The notes below the pieces were generated by a model, which did no database searches, was not told the DNA's origin, and worked only from the letters and a program-made list of their open reading frames with translations. From NCBI RefSeq assembly GCF_009914755.1, contig NC_060931.1: 64,000 nucleotides of DNA; one strand, given 5' to 3'. Positions within the stretch are counted from its first letter, which is position 1; each line of letters starts with the position of its first letter. A program made the position numbers and the translations under genes. This DNA is from the human T2T-CHM13v2.0 reference genome, Homo sapiens. Of the stretch, positions 13,674-27,993 are shown piece after piece.

Positions 13674-13965
13674 CATTATTGACTTTGATGTATTTAACTA
13701 CCCTTTGAAGTGCATACATTGCTATATCTTCTCCCTTTTAGAGATGGGTATATTGAGGCTCCCAGAGATACAGCAACTTCCTTTGCACTGTTTGCAGGTA
13801 GGCAATAGAGGCAGAACTGAAACTGGGTTCAATTTCCTTTCAATATGCCACACTGCCTTCATATGCCCTGCAGGAATTTAAGGAGCTGAAATGCCCCTGC
13901 CTATGGCACTGAGATACTCTAAAAGTCACTGGCACTAAGTGAACAGTCTCCAGCAACTGATCCAA
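13674..13965 (+). repeat. Local direct duplication A, copy 1 (includes MIR fragment)
   Basis: Aligns end to end with 14601-14895 (cattattgactttgatgt ... ctgatccaa). Confidence 0.95.
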
Positions 13966-14600
13966 GTAAGAATGAGGAAACAGATGCCCTTTTGCTTGGA
14001 AGGTTTAAAGTTAAGTAAGCAAGATAGAACAGAAAACTACAATTAGGCTTAATAACAATCTAATAGGAACAAACAAACAAGGAAAATCTGTCCTTAGAGT
14101 AGGAAATGACAACACTTCCATAGATTAGTGATGCTCTCCTGTCATTTACTTCATTATAATTATGGAGTAAAAACAAAGAGGGCTGATAGCCAACCCTGCA
14201 GGCTGGCTAAGATTATCTGTCCATTCATGTATGTTCATTCATTCCATCACTCACGCATTATCAACACATGCTTATCAATCATGATGCTTGAGTATGAGGC
14301 TGGTTGAGATTCAGGCCAAACTTGTGGCAAATCAGAGACCTCCAAAGTTCTTTCAAAGTCTTAAAGGACTTTGCAAATACTAGTACTGACTCTACTTTAA
14401 CTGAAAGAATCTCATTGATCCAAGGAATTCCACAGCATAGCTCCTGACCTGCTGAAAAGCCTTTGGCAAGAGCAGATATGGCTGCTTCAGCAGGTTCTGG
14501 AGATCAAGACCGTAACTCCAGGCATTAGTAATAGAGAACCTTTCATGTGTATAATATGTTCTACTTAAATTTATATAGAAATCTCAAAATCCTCTGTCAA

Positions 14601-14895
14601 CATTATTGACTTTGATGTCTTTACCCTTTGAAGTGCATATGTTGCTATATCTTCCCCCACTTTTACAGATGGGTATAGGGAGGCTCCCAGAGATGGAGTG
14701 ACTTCCTGACCTTTGCACTGCTTGCAGGTAGGCAATAGAGGCAGACCTAAAAATGGGTTCAATTTCCTTTCAATATGTCACACTGCCTTCATATGCCCTG
14801 CAGGAATTTAAAGAGCTGAAATGCCCCTGCCTATGGCACTGAGATACTATAAAAGTCATCGGCACTAGGTTAACAGTCCCCAGCACCTGATCCAA
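14601..14895 (+). repeat. Local direct duplication A, copy 2
   Basis: Long identical blocks shared with copy 1, e.g. cacactgccttcatatgccctgcaggaattta and gagctgaaatgcccctgcctatggcactgagatact. Confidence 0.95.
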
Positions 14896-16444
14896 CCTGA
14901 TGTGTACATAGGCAGGTGATTTTCTGTTAGACATCATCATCATCATTAGCTTTCAACAATTACAATTCTTGTCCCTTTAGCCCAGAAAAGCCGATAGAGA
15001 AGCTGTTCAGGTAGTTCTGATCCAAATTTCACAGATCCAGGAGGTTTGGTATGGCGGTGGAGTGGCGCCTAATGGCTGACCCTTTTGAGGTTTGCCGACC
15101 ACCCCAGGTTGTTCAGTGCAGACTTGTCATCTGGCGGCTGCAGCTTTCAAGCAATTACCCGTGGCCACTTAGTGACAGTGTTTAGGAAAGTTAAGTTGGG
15201 ATTGTTCCCAACTCCTAATTTACCTCTCAATAAAAACTGAAAGTTAAAAAAAAAAACAGCTTGGCTGCAGCATCCAAGTGTTTTTGAAAGACACAGCTGG
15301 GGCAGGAGGGTGTGAAGGAAGCCATCTGACCAAGGACTCAGATGAGCTGGGGATGCTGGGAAGGGTGTGGGGACAGCTGCAAGAGCTGTTTTCAGGGGCA
15401 AATGAACAGACAGTTTAAAGAGGATGAAATCTGATCATTTCTCCTTATCCAGCAGTTGCTTCTCTTTCACGGATGTTCAGAAGTAGCCCCTGTGGTTTCT
15501 GCCCATTTCCAGGGTGTTTTCCTCACTCTCTTTTAATAGCTCATCTCAAATCCTGTGCCATCAACACAGAAATTTAGGAATCTATTTTGTAAGGCCAGGA
15601 AATTCTTATTTCTACATGGCTGTTGAGGACACTTTAACAAAAATAATGCCAATTTTATCTTAATTTTTAACCTTGTAGGTTGCCTATTTGTTTTAAAAAT
15701 TATTTCTAATTCAAAGAACTTTATAAAATCTATAAAACAAGGAAGTGAGAGGAGAAAGCCACCTATGAGGCTGCTACCCGAGCCTTCACTTTTCCTCCCT
15801 GACAGTTATTTCAGGTGATTTTTTAAAAAGAAGTTTTCCATTTAAGGGACCGAATATTTCATGCAACTAGGCTTCAACACTATAATAATGATGAAGTGGC
15901 TGGCTTCTGGAGGGTGGCCATTGTTTTAAACATGAGTGAAGGATCCCAGAAACCCTCAGCTGACAAATGTTTCGCTTCTCCCCCAACCCCTCCACATTAC
16001 TGTACATTTTCCCACCTCCTGTGGCTCTATTCCAAGAATTCTTGACATTGAAAATTAGCTCAGCTCCTTATAATTTAGGCAAGACTTAATTTAAACAAAT
16101 GGTTCAGTTACCATCTGGGAAAGGCCTGGCAGAGTGTTAGAAAACCCTCTAAAATGTTTAGTCTGTTTTACTCTACATTTTCCTAATATTTTGCTTTATA
16201 TGTCTCCCTCTAGTTAGTAGCTATTATTGGGTCTTCATCTTTCTCCTGGCCCTCTTTCACCTGTTTAGCTTGAGTTTCTGTACTTCTTCCTTCTCTCTAG
16301 TTTCTCCTTCTTTTGATCTATTTTTTCTTTCCCATTCTGATTAGCTAGTAGGATGGTGTTGCCTCCTATCTTAGGCTTGCTAAGAAAGGTTCCTGTAGAA
16401 GGAGTTGCTTACCTGTTTTTGTCCATCCTGGACAGTGGAATCTT

Positions 16445-17793
<1,349 letters not shown>

Positions 17794-19161
17794 CTGTGAA
17801 AACATTTAACTTGGGGTTTTTTTTTTAGAAACAGAAAAAAGCTTTAAGAATGGCAGAAATCTTATTTTGTAGAGAGAACTAAATTTTGTTGAGTCCACAT
17901 ATTTGTGTAGGCAAAAATCATAACTTTTATACAGTAGCTGTTTGTACAGATGTGGCTATTGAGTAATAATTCAGGCCCATGGACTATGAGAGGTACGTGA
18001 GATGGCGGTGGGGGAGAGGGTGGCTTGTTAGACCAGGGCATTGATGAGGCAGACCTGAGCAGCTGGGAATCAGCCATGGTTCAGACTCCCGGCAATTCCA
18101 GCTTTGCTCTGAGCCTCTTTGGAAGCCCTTCCCCAACATCACCCACAATGTTGCGATAACCACCATCTGATCCTTGGCAAACAACTTCCTTCAAAACAAA
18201 ACAAACAACAACAACAACAAAAAAAACAGCAACTTCTCTTCTCTTCCATCTCACCCCAAAACATCATTCTTTCTTTGTCAAGTTCATTGAACCAGGTGGT
18301 AGGAGAAATGAGTTCTTTTTTGTTGTTCAGTGGGTGGAAAGGTATATCAGCCTCAGCTTTGGAGTTCATTTTTATTTGACATGACTTTTGTAATGGGTTC
18401 TGATGTGTCTCTGGTGTAGTCACACTAAGAAACCAGTGAAAACACTTCCACAGGTTCAGACACACGGGCTAACTCATGATGAATCCTTACCCAGTGACCC
18501 ACGACAACAACATGGGGCCGTGGTGGGAAGGAGGGAGATGCACACCCCTTTGCTCAGATGACTGTGTTTCCTCCCTTCAGAAACTGTACTCTTTGCATGT
18601 TTTCACCTAGAAAGTAGGAAGAAGAGCCCCAAAAACATACTGACTGAAAGAATAACCTCTTGCTTGGAATTTGAGCTGAAGACATCCATATCTCTATGCC
18701 TGGAGCCAAGGCTTCATGGGGAACATTCTTAAATATCTTCCAGGCAACAGTAGCACTGTATTGTGCTATTGAATCACTCAATCTTTTCTTTCTGCTGAAA
18801 ATAGCTCTGCCCAGGTTATTCTCTGAACTTTATGAGACTGAAATACTGTAGGACAAACCAAAAGAGCTTAGGAGAAGAAATTTTATATTCTTGAGAAGTT
18901 CTTCTGGAACTTTGAGATCCCTTTGAATTCCAGTTTTGTAATTTTATGATCTAGAAATCTGCTTCCAGGATGCCTCTGATTTGGAAACACTGAAAATATC
19001 TATTAAATTTTGTATGTCTATGAGGGTGAATGGTGTACAGGGAAAATGTTGGTGTTAATTTTTGTGAGTTAATCATGAATAAGTTCCAAATTATTCAAAG
19101 TTCTAGTAATTTCTAAATCTAATCCAAATGTAAAATCTTTAACTCTGATACTTCAAGATGG

Positions 19162-19590
19162 TGAGAGGTGAAGCCAGCTGGACTTCTGGGTCGAATGGGG
19201 ACTTGGAGAACTTTTCTGTCTTACAAGAGGATTATAAAATGCACCAGTCAGCACTCTGTAGCTAGGATTGTAAAACGCACCAATCAGCACTTTGTAGCTA
19301 GCTAGAGGTTTGTAAAATGCACCAATCAGTTCTCTGTAAAAATGGACCAATAAGCAGGATGTGGGCGGGGACAAATAAGGGACTAAAAGCTCGCCACCCC
19401 AGCCAGCAGGGGTCCCCTTCCACGCTGTGGAAGCTTTGTTCTTTCGCTCTTCACAATAAATCTTGCTGCTGCTCACTCTTTGGGTCCACATCAGCTTTAA
19501 GAGCTGTAACACTCACTGCGAAGGTCCGCAGCTTCATTTTTTAAGTCAGCGAGACCAAGAACCCACTGGAAGGAACCAACTCTGGAAGCA
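19162..19590 (+). mobile_element. Short LTR12-family (HERV9) solo LTR, LTR12F-like
   Basis: Starts tgagaggtgaagccagctgg; repeated caccaatcag units; caataaa; 4-bp TSD atgg on both sides. Confidence 0.9.
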
Positions 19591-19994
19591 ATGGAGCTCA
19601 ATGTAAATAAGTTACAGTAATAGGACAGCTAAGGTGTATAAGATATCAGTATTTTAAGGAGTGATTTATAATGCAACTGTATTATAAGAGATTAATAAAC
19701 ACACCAAGAAAGGAAAGTTTTCACCTTTTAAGAGGAGAAATTTTATTGCACTATGTGACTTTATACTTACCTTATTGTACTGATGCACAGAAATAGAGAT
19801 TTGGTTGCCAAATATTTTTAATTCTACTGTAAGTTGAATTTTAAATAATAAAAAGTAAAATTAGTAGCCAGGAACAAAACCTAAAATAGGCAGTGGTCTA
19901 GCATATGATTGTGACTCTTCTGTTTAATTCTGTAAAATGAAAAAGAAAACCAAATGCTACCTACAACAAAAACACATTTGGAAAAAAACATCAT

Positions 19995-20175
19995 CCTGCC
20001 TCAGCCTCCCAAGTAGCTGGGACTACAGGTGCATGCCACTGCACCCAGCTAATTTGTTTTATTTTTAGGATAGCATCTTGCTATGTTGTCCAGGCTGGTC
20101 TCAAAAGTCTGGCCTCAAGTTATTCTCCTGCCTCAGCCTCTGCAGTAGCTGGGTTTATAAGTGCAAGCCACACCT
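19995..20175 (-). mobile_element. Truncated old Alu fragment
   Basis: cctgcctcagcctcccaagtagctgggactacagg; ctatgttgtccaggctggtctc. Confidence 0.8.
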
Positions 20176-20196
20176 ATATTTTAAATCTATGTCATA

Positions 20197-21031
20197 CATG
20201 AACAGGCACTTTTCAAAAGACACACACGCAGCCAAAAAGCATATGAGAAAAGCTCAATATTACTGGGCATTAGAGAAATGCAAATCAAAACCACAATAAG
20301 ACAGCATCTCACCCTAGTCAGAATGGCTATGATTAAAAATAAAAAAATAAAAAACAGAAGCTGGTGAGGTTCCAGAGAAAGGGGAACACTTATACACTGT
20401 TGGTGGGAGTGTAAATTAGTTCAACCATTGTGGAAAGCAATATGGTGATTCCTCGAAGAGCTAAAAGCAGAACTACCATTTGACCCAGAAATCCCATTAC
20501 TGGGTATATACCCAGAGGAATATAAATCGTCCTACCACAAAGACACATGCACAGTGTTCACTGCAGCACCATTCACAATAGCAAACACATGGAATCGACC
20601 TAATCGCCCAACAATGACAGACTGGATAAAGAAAATGTGGTACATGTATGCCATGGAATACTATGCAGCCATAAAAAAGAATGAGATCATGTCTTTTGCG
20701 GGAATACGGATGGAGTTGGTGGCTACCATCCTTAGCAAACTAATGCAGGAACAGAAAACCAAATACCACATGTTCTCACTTATAAGCGGGAGCTGAAGGA
20801 TGAGAACTCACGAACTCAAGGCAATAACAGACACTGGGGTCTACTTGAGGGAAGAGGGTGGGAGGAGGAAAAGGAGCAGAAAAAAATACCTGTTGGCTTA
20901 AGTTATTAATAACTATGGCTTAATACCAGGGTGATGAGATAACCTGTACAACAAACCCCCGTGACAGCAGTTTACCTATATAACGAACCTTCACATTACT
21001 CCCAGACCTAAAATAAATGTTAAAAAATAAA
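20197..21031 (+). mobile_element. 5'-truncated L1PA (older, ~L1PA13-16) 3' end
   Basis: ORF2 C-terminal remnant (DWIKKMWY..MEYYAAIKKNEIMSFAG..LISGS), 3'UTR, A tail; TSD taaa[t/g]ctatgtcata. Confidence 0.92.
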
Positions 21032-21359
21032 TAAAGCTATGTCATAGAGGTAAAGTCAACATGTAGAAGTGAAATGTAGCATTGCCAAGCTTTTTTTCCC
21101 ACAGCTATTTTCCACTGTAAATTCCCTAATAAAAGAACATCCAAGAATCAGAAACCATAACTCATATATTCATTCCCAGATATTTGCCAAATGCCAACAC
21201 TGAAGATTTAGCAATTTTCACGGCAAAGTCCCTGCCCTCATGGTCTTTATATGGAAGTTTTGGCAAAGGCTCCAAGACAGTAGAAAATACATCCCAAGTG
21301 GGAAGGAGTCGTGGAAAAAGGAGAGGAAAGAAAGCCCACTTGCTTGTGTGCCTCTAAAA

Positions 21360-21480
21360 CCCGGAGTACTGATATTGTCTTTATTTATAATTTTGATATT
21401 TTGCTTATAATTTTTTTGCATTAATATGGATTTTTTTTAAAAAAACAACATATTAAAACATAATTTATCCTGATTACTGC
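21360..21480. mobile_element. MER96B-like fragment
   Basis: gtactgatattgtctttatttataattttgatattttg ... tttatcctgattactg. Confidence 0.45.
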
Positions 21481-22031
21481 CTAATATACGTATCCACAGT
21501 ATAAAATGGTTCTGAGGTTGAGAGTAGGCAGATTTCTTCAGAAGAAGCTGCAACTGTGCTGTGGCTCCTACCTCCTCTACCTCCCACCAGGGAAAGCCCA
21601 GACACTTAAAGAAGCTTCAGTAAGATTACTCTAAGGGCTTACTCTGGATGTCCTGTGCTTAGGGGACACAACACACTGGCCCACAGTGATAAATCCAAGG
21701 GATGGGCGACTCGGGGGCTGGTCTGCAAACCCAGCCTGGACAAGATTGCATGAATATTTTCTGTGAACCAGAGTGGGGAGGGAACACAGGAGAGGAAGAA
21801 TTTTTGTAGGGTCACCTTGGGTCCTGTCTGGGAAGATAGCCAGGAGTAACTGGAGTGGTCTTGGCTGGAGGATGACTACATTTCTAGGGGCTGAGGGAGG
21901 TAAGGAAGGACTCAGTTCCCCAAGCCTTTCCCCCTGAGAGTTCACACTCCCCGTGAAAGGACTACACAGGGAAGAGTATGTACTCCCGTGACCCAACACT
22001 GGCACTTGCTGCATGTGGCAGATCTTTAGTA

Positions 22032-22110
22032 TTACGTTGATGCAAAAGTATTTGCGATTTGCCCATTACTTTTAAAGGCCAAAACAGCAATTACTTTTGC
22101 AGCACCATAA
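22032..22110. mobile_element. MADE1 (Hsmar1-derived MITE)
   Basis: ~80-bp palindrome ttacgttgatgcaaaagtatttgcga ... gcaattacttttgcagcaccataa, with TA on both sides. Confidence 0.88.
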
Positions 22111-23039
22111 TACTTTTTTGTTATCGGAGTTCTTGCAGGTAACCACAACCAGCAAGTGCTAGTGTGGGGTCACCACTGAAGGGCAGAACTTTCCAGCTTT
22201 GTCACCAGTGCTCCCACCCTGGGCTGCCTTCTGGAAAAGTCAGAAACCTGGGAAAGCAAGAAGGGAAAGGAGGAGGACAGGGCCAAGGACAGAAGGAGAG
22301 GAGAAGCTACCGGGACCCCTTCCCTGTCTAAACCCCACCCCCAAGACTCAAGATCAAGGCGAGGAAGATGTGCCTCAATTTAAAGTCAACACTGAAATTT
22401 TGACTATAGGACTTGCCTTTCAATTGCAACACGGTCATTGTTTCGTTATTAGAGGTGATTATTTTCATTTTTTAGAAAACCTAAATGTGACCAAAAAGTC
22501 CTTATTAGAGGGAAGAACTTAAAAGGACAATGGGTGACAACATTTTTAGATATTGATGAGTGTTATACATAACAATAATATAAGATGGTGGGAATTGTGG
22601 AGAGGGAGCGCTTTTCTTGGGTAGTGTGATCAGAAAAGATTATCCGGAAATGACATTTGAGTGGAGGCCTGAATGAGTGGACAGCAGACGCTGCTGAGAT
22701 GAGGGGGAGTGAGCTATAGGATCAGGAGTGAGAATGGCCACTTTCTGCCCTTCTCAGAGGTAAAATTACGAATGTAATTTCCTAATTACCCGATGAAACA
22801 TATTTTGAACTAGAACACAGATGTTTGGGAAAACCTCCAGCAAATTGACTTAATCTGATTGATTTTCTGATTTAGTGTTTTTCTAAGCAAGAACTGCACC
22901 CGTTGTGACAGAAGAGGCGCTAAAGCTGCAAATTCCTGGGCCTCGACCCACTAGTTCCTAATCAGAAACTCCAGGGTGGAGACGCAGGATCTGCATCCCT
23001 GGGATCACACTGCCTTTCGAGAACCATCCACCTGCCAGC

Positions 23040-23890
23040 TCCAAGTAGGTCGAGGGAGCAGCGGCACCTGGGATCCCACCGGACCGGGAAGAGTCAAATC
23101 CAGGTTTCTCCCTGCTTCACCAAAAGGCCCCCTGCCTCCACCGCAACAGGAACAGTCTCTGTCTGGGAACTGCGGTTGCCTAAGGCTCGGTTTGCTCTTC
23201 AGCACTCCGGTCCCCCAACACCGCGTCAGGCGGCGCCCAGCCTCCCGGGGACTCGCAGACGCTCACTCCCCAGACCACAGCGACACCTGCCGAGGCCCCG
23301 CGGAACCGCGCTGCACAGCAACCCAGCGCGGCGGGGGGAGTGGCCTGGGGCCATTCTCCGGCCCCCACCCCCCGCCCGTGACCACCGTGCGCTGCCAGAG
23401 GGGAGGCTGCGGGAATGGCCAGCGAGGTCTCGCAGGGGGACTGGTTGTCTTTTAGGAAATCAAGGGGCCAGCGCCCCCAGTGCCGGCTGGGAGATGCCTT
23501 CAGAGTTCGAAGAGAAAAGATGCGACCTTCAATCCGCTCCATTCTCCGTCAGACAGGCCCTGCGGACGGAGCTCCTGCCACCGCTGCAGCCCCATGATGT
23601 GTGCTCCTACGCCCCGCCCCGCTGCAGCCCAGCCCACCCCACCCCCATACGGAAATCCTGCAGGAGAAACTGAAACACTAGCGACAGTGGGACATATCCC
23701 CGGGAGCAGTTGCGGGAGGGAGAGAAGGAAGGAGCAAAGGGGAAGAGGAAGAGAGAGAGAGAGCTCAAGGGAGCCTTCTTGGAAAGGTTTAACCCGACAG
23801 CTTGAAGGCGGCGGGTAGTAAAGCAGCGAACTGGTGAACGGGCGTCCTGACCCGCCACACTTCCCTCACCGACACCCCTCATCCGCGATA
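23040..23890. promoter_or_regulatory. CpG-island-like, non-repeat promoter/enhancer candidate
   Basis: Sharp rise in GC and CpG density outside any recognisable TE; GC boxes (ccccgccc near 23370 and 23612); GA-rich tract 23715-23765. Confidence 0.75.
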
Positions 23891-24569
23891 CCCCACAGGA
23901 CAGGATGTCCAGCTGCCCTCACTTATCGTGCCCCTGGGCATTTGAGGGGTTCAGAGAGAGAAACGCAGTAACTTATTACCCTCACATGATATATTTTCAC
24001 TTTCTTCTCCTGATTGTCAGCTCAATTAGATAAGGGACCTTGTGTTTTATTCCGTTGTACCCCGTGCCTGACACATGGTAGCTGCTGGATAGAGATTTCT
24101 TCGATGATTGATTATAAAACACACTAATTTAGAGCTTACTATGTTATAAGATCTCCATCTTCAGTGACTCACTTATTCCTCACAAGAAGCCTAGGAGGTA
24201 AGGTTTTCCAATAAGGAGAGCCAGGCACCCCATAATGAACGTGCACGGTGTCACATTCCCAGCAAGTGCCGAAGCTGGGGTCAGATTCAGGCAACCTGGC
24301 CCAGTGCCCTCACAGTTCATCCGGCCTCCACATGGCCATTTTGTCCATGAATAAATGAATAAGTGAATGAGTGTATGCTAATTTTGATGAGTTGTCTGGG
24401 AAAATGTACAGGTTTTGGGGCTGGAAAAAGGTCTTAGTCATGACGGGGACCCTTTCTGATCGAGTGCTGGGGAAGAACTAGAACTCCTGGGGCCCCCAGG
24501 CTCTGCTACCTAAGTGCTGCGGAATCTTGCATATGGTCACCAGCCTCTGGTAGCTTATTACTTTGAGCA

Positions 24570-25145
24570 GTGCTGGTGGTTCTCAAATTTGTCTACATGT
24601 TAGAGTCACCCTGATGAGATTTTCTTTAAACCCAGTGGCTCAGGTCACCCCCTCCCCACACTACCTGAAATTAGAATCTTTCGGGGTTAATCCCAGACAT
24701 CAGTTCAGCTTCAAATTTCTGAAATTTTCCCGGGTGGTTCCAATGTGCCATCAAAGCTGAGGACCTCATCGGTCTTCAGGGAAGCAGGAAATACATTCTT
24801 TCTCAAAGGGTGGCCACTGATCCTCTGAGAATCACTGGGTTTGCTTGTTTACAATGCAGATTCCTGGGCCCTGTTTGGATTTACCAAATCCAAATCTTCT
24901 GGAATGGGCCAGAAGATCTGCTCAAATGAACAAACAAAACTTCCCAGGTGATTTTTATGGCCATGAAAGTCCAAGAGCTGCTTGGAAAGCTGCTTTCAAA
25001 GTCTGGTGTTGTACCAGCAGCAGGACCTGGAACTTGCTAGAAAGGCAGATGCTCTGGCCCCACCCAGCATCTGCGTTTTAACAGCAATCTGTGTTTAATA
25101 AGCCCTGCAGGTGACCTTGGGTGCCAAAATTTGAAAACCAGTAAC
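24570..25145. mobile_element. Three consecutive MER5-type hAT fragments
   Basis: ggtggttctcaaa; ttacaatgcagattcctgggccc; cccaggtgattt; ctgtgtttaataagccctgcaggtga; ttgaaaacca. Confidence 0.6.
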
Positions 25146-25201
25146 AGGCCTCTGGAATCATACAGCCCTGGGTTCAAATTCCAGCCTGGTCACTCACTAG
25201 C

Positions 25202-27502
25202 TGTATTAGTCTGTTCCTGCACTGCTATAAGGACATACCCAAGACTGACTAATTTATAAAAGAAAGAGTTTTAATTGTCTCATGGTTCTGCAGGGCTGGG
25301 GAGGCCTCATGAAGCTTACAATCAAGGTGGATGGGGAAGCAAACACATCCTTCACATGTGGCATGAAAGAGAAGTGCTGAACAAAGGGGGAAAACCCTTA
25401 TAAGCGATGGTCCTCATAAAACCACCAGATCTCATGAGAACTCACTTACTATCACAAGAACAGCATGGGAAAAACCACCCCGATGATTCGATTACCTCTC
25501 TCTGCATCCCTCCTGCAACACATGGGGATTACGGGAACTACAATTCAAGATGAGATTTGAGTGGGGACAAAGCCAAACCATATCATTCCACCCCTGGCCC
25601 CTCCCAAATCACATGTCCTCACATTTTAAAACACAATCATGCCTTTCCAACAGTGCCCCAAAGTCTTAGCTCTTTCCATAATTAATCCAAAAGTCCAAGT
25701 TCAAAGTCTCATCTGAGACAAGGTAAGTTTCTTCCTCCTATGAGCCTGTAAAATCAAAAGCAAGTTAGTTACTTCCTAGATACAATGGGAGTACAGGCAC
25801 TGGGTAATTATACCCATTCCAAATGAGAGAAATTGGCCAAAACAAAGGGGCCAGAGACACCATGCAAATCTGAAATCCAATAGGGCAGTCATTAAACCTT
25901 AAAGTTCCAAAATGATCTCCTTTGACTCCATGTCTCACATCCAGGTCACACTGATGCAAGAGGTGGGTTCCCACGGCCTTGGGCAGCTCCACCTGTGTGG
26001 TTTTGCAGGGTATTGCCCCCTCTTCCTGGCTGTTTTCACAGACTGGTGCTGAGTATCTGTGGCTTTTCCAGGTACATGGTGCAAGCTGTTGGTGGATCTA
26101 CCATTCTGGAGTCTGGATGATGGTGGCTGTCTTCTCACAGCTCCACTAGACAGTGCCTTAGTAAGGACTCTGTGTGGAGGCTCTGACCCCACATTTCCCT
26201 TCCTCACTGCCCTAGCAGAGGTTCTCCATGAGTGCTCCACCACTGCAGCAAACTTCTGCCTGAACATCCTGGCATTTCCATACATCCTCTGAAATCTAGG
26301 CAGAGGTTCCCAAACCTCAATTCTTGACGTCTGTGTACCTGCAGGCTCAACACCACATGGAAGGTGCCAAGGCTTGGGGCTTGCACCCTCTGAAGCCACA
26401 GCCTGAGCTGTACTCTGGCCCCTTTTAGCCACAGCTGAAGCGGCTGGGATGTAAGGCACAAAGTCCCTAGGTTGTACACAGCAGGGGTCCCTGGACCCAG
26501 CCCAGGAAATGATTTTTCCCTCCTAGGCCTCTGGACCTGTGATGGGAGGGACTGCCATGAAGGTTTTTGACATACCGTGGAGACCTTTCCCCATTGTTTT
26601 GGAGATTAAAATTTGGCTCCTCATTACTTATGCAAATTTCAGCAGCAGGCTTGAATTTCTCCCCAGAAAATGGGTTTTTCTCTTCTATTCCATGTTTAGG
26701 CTGCAAACTTTCCAAACTTCTATGCTCTGCTTCCTCTTGAATGCTTTGCTGCTTAGAAATTTCTTCCACCAGATACCCTAAATCACCTCTCTCAAGTTTG
26801 AAGTTCCACAGATCTCTAGGGCAGGAGCAAAATGCTGCCAGTCACTTTGCTAAAACATAGCAAGAATCACCCTTATTCCAGCTCCCAACAAGTTCCTCAT
26901 TTTCATCTGAGACCACCTCAGCCTGGACTTTATTGTCTATATCACTATCAGCATTTTGGTCAAAGTCATTCAACAGGTCTCTAGGAAGTTCCAAATTTCC
27001 CCACATTTTCCTGTCTTCTTCTGATCCCTCCAAACTGTTTCAACCTCTTCCTGTTACCTAGTTCCAAAGTTGCTTCCACATTTTTGGGTATCCTTATAGG
27101 AGCACCCCACTCTCTGTGGTACCAATTTACTGTATTAGTCTGCTGTCATGCTGCTATAAGGACATACGTAAGACTGTGTAATTTATAAAGGAAAAAGGTT
27201 TAATAGATTCATGGTTCTGCAGTGCTGGGGAGGCCTCAGGAAACTTACAATCATGACGGAAGGGGAAGCAAAGGCATCCTTCAGTTAGCAGCAGGAAGAA
27301 GAAATGCAGAGTGAAGGAGGGAAAGGCCCCCTATAAACCCATCAGATCTCATGAGAACTCACTCACTATCATGAAAATAGCATGGGGAGAACCTCCACCA
27401 TGATTCAATTACCTCCCACTGGGCCCCTCCCTTGACATGAGGGGATTATGGGAACTACAATTCAAGATAAGATTTGGATGGGGAGACAGGCAAACCATAT
27501 TG
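25202..27502 (-). mobile_element. Full-length THE1 (THE1C/D-type) MaLR: LTR 25202-25585, internal 25586-27130, LTR 27131-27502
   Basis: Two homologous LTRs (tgtattagtc ... caaaccatat); typical THE1-int; perfect 5-bp TSD ctagc (25197-25201, 27503-27507). Confidence 0.95.
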
Positions 27503-27575
27503 CTAGCCTTGTGACTCTGTGCAGGTTATTTGACTTCCCTATGCTTCAATTTCTTTACTTGTTAGTTGGAGGGGT

Positions 27576-27993
27576 TGTTATTTGGTTGAACAAAATTCAC
27601 ATATTGAGGTCCTAATTCTTAGTACCTTAAAATGTGACCTTTTTTGTAGATAGGGTTATTGCAGACGTTATTAGTTAAAATGAGGTCATACTGGAATAGG
27701 GTAGGTCCTGTCCAATGTGACTAGTGTCTTTATAATAAAGGGAAACGTGGAGACAGACATGCACACTGAAATAATACCATGTGAAGACTGGAGCTGTGCT
27801 TCAAGAAGCCAGGGAACTACCAGAAACTAGGAGAGAGATCTGGAACCAATTGTTTCCTAGTGTTTTCAGAGGGGGCACAGCTCTGCTCTCACCTTGATTT
27901 CAAACTTCTAGTTGCCAGAACTGGGGGACAACAAATTTCTGTTGTTTACGCCATCCAGGTTGCTGGGTTTGGCAGTTGTAGCAAACTAATATG
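27576..27993 (+). mobile_element. MLT1 (B/C-type) solo LTR
   Basis: aaaatgaggtcatactggaatagggtagg; ctaccagaaactaggagagag; aaactaat end; near-TSD ggggt/ggggc. Confidence 0.85.

Noticed and set aside
22976-23882. Overlapping 60-165 aa ORFs in the CpG island
   Set aside because: Present on both strands, P/R/G/A-rich, mostly non-ATG starts, no recognisable domain; expected from stop-poor GC-rich DNA
25765-27033. THE1-internal ORFs up to 174 aa
   Set aside because: Fragments of the decayed MaLR internal ORF, broken by frameshifts
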